From: Candidatus Hydrothermarchaeum profundi
GTDB lineage: Archaea > Hydrothermarchaeota > Hydrothermarchaeia > Hydrothermarchaeales > Hydrothermarchaeaceae
Assembly (NCBI GenBank): GCA_002011125.2
Contig: MTMF02000009.1
Coordinates: 440,045-504,044 of the forward strand
Direction of reading: 5' to 3'
DNA: 64,000 nt
Positions within the stretch are counted from its first letter, which is position 1. Every line of letters begins with the position of its first letter. The notes under the pieces were generated by a model. The model did no database searches. It had not been told where the DNA came from and worked only from the letters and a program-made list of their open reading frames with translations. This document shows, one piece after another, positions 54,298 to 62,212 of the stretch. The position numbers were made by a program, and so were the translations under genes.

Positions 54298-55192
54298 AGA
54301 ATGCCCAGAATGTGGCTGTAGGAGTATAACGAGAGATTATGAGAGAGCAGAAATAGTGTGTAATGAATGTGGCCTGGTAATAGATGAAAAAATCATGGAT
54401 ACAGGCCCGGAGTGGAGAGCCTTCGATTATGAACAAAGGGTTAAGAGAAGCAGGGTTGGAGCCCCAATGACGTATACAATCCATGATAAGGGTCTTTCCA
54501 CGGTTATTGACTGGAGGAACCGGGATAGCTATGGAAAAGACATCGTGAGGCATAGAGCACAACTTCACCGGATGAGGAAGTGGCAGCAGAGGATCAGGGT
54601 CTCTAACGCTACTGAGCGCAACCTCGCCTTCGCCTTAACAGAGCTAGACCGTGTCGCATCACGCCTAGGCCTGCCGAGGAACGTACGGGAGACGGCCGCG
54701 GTAGTCTACCGCAGGGCAGTGGAAAAAGGCCTTATACGCGGAAGAAGCATAGAAGGCGTAGCCGCCTCAGCCCTTTATGCTGCATGCCGGCAGTGCCGGG
54801 TGCCTAGGACCCTTGACGAGATCGCTGACGCGGCCAAGCTCAACCGGAAAGAGATCGGCAGGACATACCGCTTCGTAGCCAGGGAGCTAGGCATCAACCT
54901 TAACCCGACCACGCCCATAGACTACGTGCCCAGGTTCGGCTCAGCCCTCAAGCTCTCAGGCGAGGTCCAGAGCAAGGCCATCGAGATACTTAAGAAGGCC
55001 ATGGAGCAAGAGCTCACCTCAGGCAGGGGGCCTACGGGCGTCTCAGCCGCGGCGATATACATCGCCAGCGTCCTGCTCGGCGAAAGAAGGACCCAGCGGG
55101 AGGTCGCCGACGTAGCCGGCGTAACCGAGGTCACCATCAGAAACAGATACAAGGAGCTAGCCGAAAGACTAGACATCGAAATCACCATCTAA
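54272..55192 (+). CDS. tfb: Transcription initiation factor IIB (TFB)
   Basis: Zn ribbon '[24 protein letters not shown]', B-reader/linker, and two cyclin folds ('[13 protein letters not shown]', '[17 protein letters not shown]', '[24 protein letters not shown]'). GTG 54272 follows AGGAGG with a 7-nt spacer. An in-frame ATG at 54239 is the track start. Confidence 0.95.
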   Translation: MEKKVEYIEECPECGCRSITRDYERAEIVCNECGLVIDEKIMDTGPEWRAFDYEQRVKRSRVGAPMTYTIHDKGLSTVIDWRNRDSYGKDIVRHRAQLHRMRKWQQRIRVSNATERNLAFALTELDRVASRLGLPRNVRETAAVVYRRAVEKGLIRGRSIEGVAASALYAACRQCRVPRTLDEIADAAKLNRKEIGRTYRFVARELGINLNPTTPIDYVPRFGSALKLSGEVQSKAIEILKKAMEQELTSGRGPTGVSAAAIYIASVLLGERRTQREVADVAGVTEVTIRNRYKELAERLDIEITI

Positions 55193-55223
55193 GACTACTT
55201 TTTCTCAAAAAAAGGGAAAAAAA

Positions 55224-55291
55224 GCAAAGGTAAGAGAAGCCTGGAGTTGGTGGCAAATTCGGGGGATAGGGGAGAACTCTCTTACCTTTGC
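55224..55291. other. 68-nt element closed by a perfect 14-bp inverted repeat (GCAAAGGTAAGAGA ... TCTCTTACCTTTGC)
   Basis: Read directly, 32 nt after the tfb stop. The 40-nt interior is G-rich. Candidate structured RNA, terminator or mini-element. Confidence 0.4.
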
Positions 55292-55421
55292 CTGGTTACT
55301 AAAAATGATAATTTACATATAAAAAACTTTTGTATGAATATTCAAACTATTTATACATTATAAGGATTTAAATTTGGATAAAAATTGGATAAAAGTCATA
55401 ATATTTTAAAATTTATTGGAT

Positions 55422-56060
55422 TTATATACAAATTGTTCCTATTATTTTTGAAAATTCTTCAGTAGCTTCCCGTGGGTCAGAAGCTTGATATATCCCTCTT
55501 CCTATTATTTCAAAATCTGCACCTGATCTTATAGCATCACCTACCTTAGCGCCCTGTGCCTTTATACCGGGGGATATTATTATGAGATCTCCCACAGTTT
55601 TTCGTAATATCTTTATTCTTTCAGGCCTTGTTGCAGGAGCTACAATGCCATATGCATAGCGTCTAGCTATCTCTGCTATCCTTTCTGCTCCAGTAGTAAG
55701 GAAATCTTTTGAGCCTGGATGGCTCATTTCTGCTACTACAAAAATTTCGGCGACTTCTGAGCATGCTTTTATTACGTCTTCGCCAACGAAGCCGTGAACA
55801 ATTACGTAATCAGCCCCGTTATTTTGAGCTAGCTGGCAAATTTTTTGGCTTATTATGGGGATATCAGCTACTTTAAAGTCTGCTATTATTGGATTTCCGA
55901 ATTTCTTCAACTCTCGTAAAAACCTTATTCCTGTTGGAAGAATTAAGGGATATCCGACTTTTATTGCGTCAACTAAATCGGATACTTCTCCCGCTATCCG
56001 TAAAGCTTCTTTTTTCGAATCCACATCTAAGGCCAGTATGATACCACTCTTTTTTTTCAA
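55422..56060 (-). CDS. pyrF: Orotidine 5'-phosphate decarboxylase
   Basis: 'IILALDV', 'IADFKVADI', 'VIVHGFVG', 'IISPGI' and 'IIGRGI'. The likely start is TTG 56060, overlapping the dys stop (TTGA). The track's 33-codon extension to 56159 lies inside dys. Confidence 0.85.
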   Translation of the reverse strand: MKKKSGIILALDVDSKKEALRIAGEVSDLVDAIKVGYPLILPTGIRFLRELKKFGNPIIADFKVADIPIISQKICQLAQNNGADYVIVHGFVGEDVIKACSEVAEIFVVAEMSHPGSKDFLTTGAERIAEIARRYAYGIVAPATRPERIKILRKTVGDLIIISPGIKAQGAKVGDAIRSGADFEIIGRGIYQASDPREATEEFSKIIGTICI

Positions 56061-56977
56061 TCCAATCTCTCCATTAGTGCAGCTACTATTAGAGGGAATA
56101 GTACGGTAACGTCCCCTACTACTGATACGAATTTCCCTGTTTCTCTTCCTTTTCCCCACGAAATGCCTTCTTCCAGCTTAGCGCCGCTGAGACTTCCTGC
56201 TTCATCTCTATCCATGGTTATTTGAATCCCGTAGTCGATCCCATCTTTAAGGAGATTGGCTCCAAGAATATAATGTTTTGGAACACCTCCGCCAAGAAAT
56301 ACTCCTCCCGTTTTTTCGGATTGGAATACCATTTCTACCAGATCATGCATGTCTTTTAATGAATTTAATACTATCTTATTATGTTGAGAGAAAAAATAAA
56401 GCTGTAATCCCAGCATAGAGTCTATTAATGCCGGCGAGAATATTGGCACTTTTTTTTCGTAGGCGTTACGTAGTATTGACTCCTCATCATCTATTCTTGA
56501 ACCTATCTCCCATAATAGTTCTTTGACTGAGATATTCTCTCTCTTCTCTTCACTTATGTCACCTAGCATTTCTTGGACTTTATCTTCGAAGGTCTCGAAG
56601 TTACCGATTTTTGTATAAATGTTCCCGATTCTCCCGATCTTCTTTTTCTTTAATTTTCTATCATCTGCTGTAAAGTCTCCTACATAGTGGCAGCCTTTAA
56701 AAGACTCTATGAGGTCATGAACCATATTGGCTCCGTTTGTAACTATAGCGTCTACGTATCCTTTTCTAATGAGTTCGGATACAATGCCTCGTAAACCTGA
56801 AGCGGATAATGGTCCGGCCATTCCTAGAAATACTGTTGATTCTTTAATCATTTCCTCAAAAATGTCTACAGCCTTAGCGACACTTCCAGCTCCTAAAACT
56901 CCTGCTTTTTTATACTCATGAATTAAAGAATTAACACTCATTATTCCTCTTATTTTCATATTCCCTACTTTTTTCAA
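56057..56977 (-). CDS. dys: Deoxyhypusine synthase
   Basis: 'FLGMAGPLSASGLRGIV', 'VDAIVTNGANMVHD' and 'EAGSLSGAKLEEGISWGK'. Confidence 0.85.
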   Translation of the reverse strand: MKKVGNMKIRGIMSVNSLIHEYKKAGVLGAGSVAKAVDIFEEMIKESTVFLGMAGPLSASGLRGIVSELIRKGYVDAIVTNGANMVHDLIESFKGCHYVGDFTADDRKLKKKKIGRIGNIYTKIGNFETFEDKVQEMLGDISEEKRENISVKELLWEIGSRIDDEESILRNAYEKKVPIFSPALIDSMLGLQLYFFSQHNKIVLNSLKDMHDLVEMVFQSEKTGGVFLGGGVPKHYILGANLLKDGIDYGIQITMDRDEAGSLSGAKLEEGISWGKGRETGKFVSVVGDVTVLFPLIVAALMERLD

Positions 56978-58399
56978 TTATTTCACCTTTTTAAGCTCTT
57001 TCAAGGCTTTTTCTAATTCGTATAGTCTTGCCATAATGTCGTTTATCTTATTTTCTACCCTCTTTTTTTCAGAGTTATAGGTCCTACCGGTTATCTCTCC
57101 AGAAGCCTTCTTTCTTCTTAACTCTTCGAGCACGATATCCATTTTTTCTTTTTCTTTTTTCAGGTCTCTGATTTCTTTTGCTATACTAACTCTTTTATTT
57201 ACAGTTTCAATTTTCTTCTCGAAACCTGTGAAAGTCCTTCTCTTAAGGTTATTTATTACCCGGAATTCTTGTAGCGTTTTCCTCTTTTCTAACATACTTC
57301 TTGTCACATAAACCATACCAATAGACAGGGCAAGTATTACTGCTATGAAAGCGGCCAAAAAGTTGTTTATATTGAAGCTCTTTTCTTCTGACTTTATAAC
57401 AATAGGACTCTCTTGGAGTCCTTCGATTCTCTCATCAAGGCTTTTTCCTATCTCCTCTATTTGTCTTTCAAGGGCTGATTGAACGCCTAGATTTGCTAAA
57501 TTTTTAGCTTGTAGTGCTAGCCGATACGAATCCCTAGCATATTCAATAGAGTCAGTAGAGCTTATGTATGCTTCATAGGGAGAATACTCTGGGTATTCGG
57601 GATTGTTTTTAATTCTCGCTATTACAACAAGGTCCTTTGCTTTCTCTAAAAGCGCATATGCTTTATTATATGTATCGTTTGCATTACTCAGATTTATATT
57701 GTGTTCTGCGGCGTTAGTTATTCCGCTCCGGGTATCATTAATGATGAACTCTGCCTCTAAGATGAAATCCTCGGCTTTCTTTATTTGTTCCTCAGCGAGT
57801 TCTTTGTAGTTAGCATACTCTATTTTTACTGGGAAGCCGTCTCTAATAGCGGATAAATCTTTAATTGTTATAGGTATTGCTTCATAGGATATTTTTTCTC
57901 TCCCTCCCTCTAGAGTCTTATCAGCTGGAGGAGTTATATTGCCGAACTGGTATCCTACGGGAGTTTTAAACTCAATGTAGACCCTTCCGGGTATCCATGG
58001 ATATTTACCTAGCGCTAAGCCGCTTAAAACGTTTATGTTTTCACCTCTAAAGAGCATATCCGTTCTGCGATATTTGAGTATAATCCATCTCTTCTCTCCT
58101 CGCCACATTGTCAGGTTTACTGTTATAATCGTATTTTTATTTGAAGTAAAAACGCTGTATTTAGAGGGTTCACCTATGACTTCTACCTCTACATCTTGGG
58201 CATCTCCTCTAGCAAAATAAATCGAATCTCTAAAAAGATTACCAGTAGGACCTCCGACATTCTCTATATGGATGTTCTCCTCAACTAAAAAATCGTTTTC
58301 ACCAAGAGTGTAGCTCAGGTTATGTGCCTTGATAAGTATCTCCTGAGCATTAACTCCGGGTACGAAAATAATAAACAAAACTAAATAGGCTAATTTCAT
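56978..58399 (-). CDS. Hypothetical secreted/membrane-anchored protein: signal peptide, ectodomain of about 330 aa, one TM, cytoplasmic K/E-rich coiled coil
   Basis: 'MKLAYLVLFIIFVPGVNAQE' signal, TM 'FLAAFIAVILALSIGMVYV', and heptad-like tail 'IRDLKKEKEKMDIVLEELRRKKASGE...'. Confidence 0.5.
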   Translation of the reverse strand: MKLAYLVLFIIFVPGVNAQEILIKAHNLSYTLGENDFLVEENIHIENVGGPTGNLFRDSIYFARGDAQDVEVEVIGEPSKYSVFTSNKNTIITVNLTMWRGEKRWIILKYRRTDMLFRGENINVLSGLALGKYPWIPGRVYIEFKTPVGYQFGNITPPADKTLEGGREKISYEAIPITIKDLSAIRDGFPVKIEYANYKELAEEQIKKAEDFILEAEFIINDTRSGITNAAEHNINLSNANDTYNKAYALLEKAKDLVVIARIKNNPEYPEYSPYEAYISSTDSIEYARDSYRLALQAKNLANLGVQSALERQIEEIGKSLDERIEGLQESPIVIKSEEKSFNINNFLAAFIAVILALSIGMVYVTRSMLEKRKTLQEFRVINNLKRRTFTGFEKKIETVNKRVSIAKEIRDLKKEKEKMDIVLEELRRKKASGEITGRTYNSEKKRVENKINDIMARLYELEKALKELKKVK

Positions 58400-58523
58400 C
58401 TCTATTTCTTTTTATACCCAGTTTAATTTAAATTTTTGTGGGAAAAATTTTTAGCTCTTTATTGCAACAGCAAGAGATTATTTCCTGCACTTGTTATGGT
58501 TATCAAAAGCATTTTAAACGTTG

Positions 58524-58533
58524 AATATAAATA
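58524..58533 (+). promoter_or_regulatory. TATA-like box (AATATAAATA) upstream of tRNA-Tyr
   Basis: About 24 nt upstream of the mature tRNA 5' end. Confidence 0.4.
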
Positions 58534-58556
58534 CGGGAAAATTAGAGAAGTCCTTA

Positions 58557-58630
58557 CCCGGCGTAGCTCAACCTGGTAGAGCGGTGGACTGTAGATCCAC
58601 TGGTTGCTGGTTCAAATCCGGCCGCCGGGA
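58557..58630 (+). tRNA. tRNA-Tyr (anticodon GTA)
   Basis: Hand-folded cloverleaf: acceptor CCCGGCG/CGCCGGG (C1-G72, the archaeal/eukaryal Tyr identity pair), anticodon arm GTGGA-CTGTAGA-TCCAC, T-loop TTCAAAT. No encoded CCA. Confidence 0.9.
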
Positions 58631-58638
58631 CTACTAAA
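58623..58638 (+). repeat. att-like core copy A (CGCCGGGACTACTAAA: last 8 nt of tRNA-Tyr plus 8 nt)
   Basis: Exact 16-mer recurs at 60923-60938. Confidence 0.75.
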
Positions 58639-58801
58639 ATTCTACTACTCTTTTTAGCTGAGCAGTAAAAGATCCCCAGATTTTGAGCTTGGTGGATAAG
58701 AAGCTATATCTTAAAAGAAAAAGCTGGAGATTAATTTAATTCCGCACAGCTGGTTAAAACGGTGGTATTCTTGCGGAATCTTTATAAATAATGGAACAAA
58801 A

Positions 58802-59356
58802 ATGTTACACATGGAACAAAATTTAATCTTCGAAATTGTGGATGCCCTTCTAGGCGAGGAGCTTCATGCAAGGGCGCTGGCTAAAAAGCTGAAAACCAAC
58901 CACATGACGGTTGTGAGAAAGTTGAGGGGGCTTGTAGAGGAGAATGTGTTAGACTTTAGGCTGGAGGGAAGAAATAAGGTCTACTTCCTTAAAAAGAGCG
59001 TGGAGGCTAGGAGCTATGCAATCATGACAGAACTCTATAAGTTGAACAAAACGCTGAGGAGGTATCCAGAATTGAGAAATATAGTTGCGAGCATCCAGAA
59101 AAACGCAAAGATAAAGCTTGCCGTTCTCTTTGGGAGCTATGCAAAAGGTATAGCAAAGGAAGGCAGTGACATAGACCTTTTCATAGAAACAAGAGATAGG
59201 AGCCTGAAACGGGAGTTGGAACTTCTGAATTCAAAGCTGAGCGTTAAAATTGGAGATTACGACAAGTCAAGTCTGCTCATTGGGGAAATTGAGAAAAATC
59301 ATGTAATAGTAAAAGGAGCAGAATTGTACTATGAGAAAAACAGGTTTTTTTACTAA
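58802..59356 (+). CDS. Nucleotidyltransferase (MNT-type) with an N-terminal winged-HTH; putative antitoxin/regulator of the adjacent HEPN protein
   Basis: 'LFGSYAKGIAKEGSDIDLFIE' pol-beta NTase motif and an N-terminal 'ARALAKKLKTNHMTVVRKLRGLVEENVL' HTH. Overlaps the HEPN gene by 26 nt. Confidence 0.7.
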   Translation: MLHMEQNLIFEIVDALLGEELHARALAKKLKTNHMTVVRKLRGLVEENVLDFRLEGRNKVYFLKKSVEARSYAIMTELYKLNKTLRRYPELRNIVASIQKNAKIKLAVLFGSYAKGIAKEGSDIDLFIETRDRSLKRELELLNSKLSVKIGDYDKSSLLIGEIEKNHVIVKGAELYYEKNRFFY

Positions 59357-59804
59357 GTTGCATGAAGAAGGCAAGCTACAACTTGCTGAACCCAGTGAGG
59401 AGATAAAGGCAGCCTACCTGAAAAAATCTGAAAGCTACCTTGTATCCGCAAAGCTCCTCTTAGATAATGGTAGGCTAGAAGAATCCGTTTCTATGGCATA
59501 CTATAGCATGTATTACATACTTCTCGCCCTACTTTTCAGGGTCGGTATAAAATGTGAAAATCACTCTGCTGCAATAATTCTGCTTAAAAAGATATTCAAC
59601 ATAGATAACTCAGAGATATCTTCAGCTAAAAGGGAGAGGATTGACAAGCAGTACTATGTCGATTTCTCCAGTGTCGAGGAAGAAGTCGAAGAATTAATTA
59701 CTACAGCAGAGAGGTTCAATTCCAAAATTCTAGACTTTATAGAGAAACTGAATAGTGAAAAGATATCAGAGTTCAGGAAGAAGATGGAAAAGCTACTGAG
59801 GTAA
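59331..59804 (+). CDS. HEPN-domain protein (putative toxin partner of MNT)
   Basis: 'YLKKSESYLVSAKLLLDNGRLEESVSMAYYSMYYILLALL' is a typical HEPN helix 1-2 region. I did not see a clean R-x4-6-H motif. Confidence 0.6.
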   Translation: MRKTGFFTKLHEEGKLQLAEPSEEIKAAYLKKSESYLVSAKLLLDNGRLEESVSMAYYSMYYILLALLFRVGIKCENHSAAIILLKKIFNIDNSEISSAKRERIDKQYYVDFSSVEEEVEELITTAERFNSKILDFIEKLNSEKISEFRKKMEKLLR

Positions 59805-60038
59805 TATGCCAACCTTCATGGGATATTATAAAAATTATTAAAAGATTTTTGTCCTGATTTTTGGTTCAAGGTTTTTCACTTTTAAAGCCTTTCTAATGGG
59901 TTAGATTTTTTTCATTTTTCACTTTTCCAGTGCTCTTGGAAAATATATTAGGTGTTTAATTGAGAATAAAAAGTGTTAATGAGTATGTTAGGTTGTTAGA
60001 AGATAAAGGAAGTTTTAGCTTTATTTTTAATCTTTCTA

Positions 60039-60833
60039 GTGGTATCTTCTCTTGGATGTGCTGCGCCTACTAGCGTTAAAAAGAGAGATTTCGTTCAGCA
60101 ACATGGTGTCCTCTCTTCCTTTGATGATCTAAAGAACTGCGGTTATGATGAAGAACTAATAGCTTTAATACAGAGTTTTTCAGAGCTAGATGCGGGGTTC
60201 GATCAGTCCCTTGCTGCTGGGGTTGCAGTAAAGATTTCTTCAGGATTAGAAGAACTTGAACCTATCGATCCCACGAGGCTTGAAGACTATGAGAGCTTCA
60301 AAAGAAACGTAGAGAGATTTAACAGGGTCTCTGATATAATCAAGGAGAACACTGGTAAGGATTTTGGAAAAATAACGATATCGCGAGGTAAATACGACGA
60401 AATAATGTCAACTGCAGTGAAATACGCTCCTCTTGTCAACTCTTATAACGAGCTAATCGAATCGTCTAAAAATCTTGATCCAGAGGATGAGGACTCGGTA
60501 AGGAGATTTTATATCGCGCTATTCCTAGTAGGCGTGGATATTGCGCTAATAAACTCGGGGGCAATCTACAAAGGGACATATAAGTCGGTCTGGGAGATAA
60601 ACCAAGCGCTTGGACTGAGAGAAGTTGTTCCTTTCATAGGATACAAAGGATATGGTTTTCTCCTTTCATCCATACACTGGACGTTAAGGGGGTATATTGA
60701 AGGGTTTAAGAACGACGTTTATGAAGTTTTATTAGATGAGACCACGCAAGACCTTAAACGGGGCCTTAAGAACAAAGGAAAAGACATAAGCGCAACTATT
60801 GAAAAAACTCTACAGAGGTTATTGAGACGATAG
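60039..60833 (+). pseudogene. Hypothetical lipoprotein-like gene whose signal peptide is interrupted by an in-frame TAG (59997-59999)
   Basis: In-frame upstream reading gives ATG(59979) S M L G C TAG K I K E V L A L F L I F L V V S S L G C A A P. The track ORF starts at GTG 60039, inside the lipobox. Confidence 0.45.
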
Positions 60834-60922
60834 AGTGATCCAAGAAGTAGGATCTCTTTAAGATGTAGTAATCAGTAGACGGAAACTTCACTCTCTAGTT
60901 CAGATCCTAGTATTCTTCTATT

Positions 60923-60938
60923 CGCCGGGACTACTAAA
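60923..60938 (+). repeat. att-like core copy B (CGCCGGGACTACTAAA)
   Basis: Exact copy, 2300 nt downstream of copy A. It is preceded by a T-arm-like CTAGTTCAGATCCTAG. Confidence 0.75.
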
Positions 60939-61236
60939 TCTTCCAATCCGGGCGTGATTCTTGCCCTATTTCTGCGTGTTTTTTCCATTCCGCTTCTACG
61001 TCTAATTAAAAAACTATCATCAAATGTTTTAGATGGAGCATCCAAAAAATAGGAAATCCTATCGTTCAGGCTATCGGGGGGATTTCTAAGATTCTCGGGA
61101 GAGACCTGATAGAAAGCCTCAAAACGCTATTTAATACTTAGGCTTCCAGTCTGATTTCTCCGGCAGCGATAGGGTGAGCCAAGGGCCTACCCTCATAGAA
61201 GTCCCTCATCACCTTGTCAATCTTCCGCGAGATCGA

Positions 61237-61746
61237 TTAAATATCTTCTATTTTCCGGATAGCTTCTTCTATTATCTTTGGTTCGATCCAGTATTCCTCG
61301 GGCTTTTCTATAAATTTCTCTAGTAATGCTACAGCATCTCTTCTGTCAATTACTCCTCTTTTTGTTGCCTCAAATATAATCCCAATGGTACCTTTGACCT
61401 GTAATCCTTCATTTTTTGCGGCGTCTCTACCTTCCCCTTCGTTCATGAGGACAAGAGAAGCTCCAACTTCTCTTGCCAACTGGATGGAATCGGCCTCCCC
61501 CTTGTGAATGCGATACTTTTTAATCAAGTGTTCAGAAGAGGATTCAGGATTTTTAATGTAGATGCTCTTGTCTATGTAATTCTGGATGAGTTCTGCATCT
61601 TCTTTTTCTAGGAGAGTTCCCTCTTCAACAACCTCTCTATAAACCTCACTTGTAATCGCCACTTTTTTATACAATGAGAAAAGGACATCCAAGCGACCTA
61701 TTTTAGCGAGGTGAATTAGAGGCGTAGAATCGCTCACCACGATCAT
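61237..61746 (-). CDS. PIN-domain protein (DUF3368/COG2405 type), putative toxin
   Basis: 'MIVVSDSTPLIHLAKIGRLDVLFSLY' N-terminal signature. A 4-nt overlap with the upstream antitoxin-like gene. Confidence 0.7.
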   Translation of the reverse strand: MIVVSDSTPLIHLAKIGRLDVLFSLYKKVAITSEVYREVVEEGTLLEKEDAELIQNYIDKSIYIKNPESSSEHLIKKYRIHKGEADSIQLAREVGASLVLMNEGEGRDAAKNEGLQVKGTIGIIFEATKRGVIDRRDAVALLEKFIEKPEEYWIEPKIIEEAIRKIEDI

Positions 61747-62048
61747 GTAGTGTCCTCGGCGAGTTCTTCTTTACCGTAGTGGATATACACTCCTCTTTTT
61801 CCAAGCTCCTCTAACGTCTCCCGTAGGGTGAGGCCCATAATATCTGCAGCTTCGCGCATAGTTATTTTGCCCTCTCTGTATAATTCTGCCACTTCATCTA
61901 TGGACTCTTTTTTGCTGTACTCTCTAAGTATTCTCCTTATTCCGTCCCTTATAACTTCTGAAAGATTAGAATAGTGTTTGCCTATTAGATATTTCTCTAC
62001 GTCTTTTTCCAATTCTCTGGGTATAGTTATAGTTTTTTTCACATACAT
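61743..62048 (-). CDS. RHH-like N-terminus fused to a UPF0175 (COG2886) domain, putative antitoxin
   Basis: 'TITIPRELEKDVEKYL...SEVIRDGIRRIL' (RHH-like) and 'ELYREGKITMREAADIMGLTLRETLEELGKRGV' (UPF0175). Confidence 0.65.
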   Translation of the reverse strand: MYVKKTITIPRELEKDVEKYLIGKHYSNLSEVIRDGIRRILREYSKKESIDEVAELYREGKITMREAADIMGLTLRETLEELGKRGVYIHYGKEELAEDTT

Positions 62049-62196
62049 ATTTAATACCTCTTTTATGCGTATTGAATATTTAACGATATTAATTTTTTAT
62101 CAACAACTCAACCAAGCTAATAAAATAGTTTTAGGCGTTTTTAGTTAGTAGTTTTAATTGTATGTTTTCTAGTTAAAACCTAAGCTTTTATCTAGT

Positions 62197-62212
62197 CGCT
62201 GGGACTGCTAAA
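62197..62212 (+). repeat. att-like core copy C, degenerate (CGCtGGGACTgCTAAA)
   Basis: 14/16 identity to copies A and B. The flanks resemble those of copy B over roughly 80-120 nt. Confidence 0.6.

Larger units (their letters stand above)
58631..62212. mobile_element. Probable decayed tandem integrated elements at tRNA-Tyr (no integrase) carrying toxin-antitoxin cargo
   Basis: Three direct copies of the tRNA 3'-end core. The cargo is accessory genes only. Composition is visibly GC-richer than the flanks. Confidence 0.45.

Noticed and set aside
54922-55188. 88-aa antisense ORF inside tfb.
   Set aside because: It is an artefact of the 60-70 %GC segment, which has few stop codons on either strand. 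The sense frame encodes a canonical TFB cyclin fold.
56061-56159. A 33-codon N-terminal extension of pyrF ('MGKRKRNREIRISSRGRY...').
   Set aside because: It lies entirely within the dys coding region and is absent from typical PyrF proteins of about 210 aa. A TTG at 56060 overlapping the dys stop gives a normal-length protein.
59997-59999. Pyrrolysine (or other recoding) as the explanation for the in-frame TAG in the lipoprotein-like gene.
   Set aside because: TAG is used as an ordinary stop by confident genes in this window: the Lrp gene at 2219-2221, cdc6 at 42543-42545 and Sec61-beta at 51180-51182. No pyl genes are visible. A nonsense mutation in decaying mobile DNA is the simpler explanation.
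58631-62212. An integrase or recombinase that would make the tRNA-Tyr islet an intact mobile element.
   Set aside because: I looked at all six frames of the listed ORFs and the gaps. I found only TA genes, one unknown ORF and short open fragments, with nothing bearing tyrosine or serine recombinase motifs.
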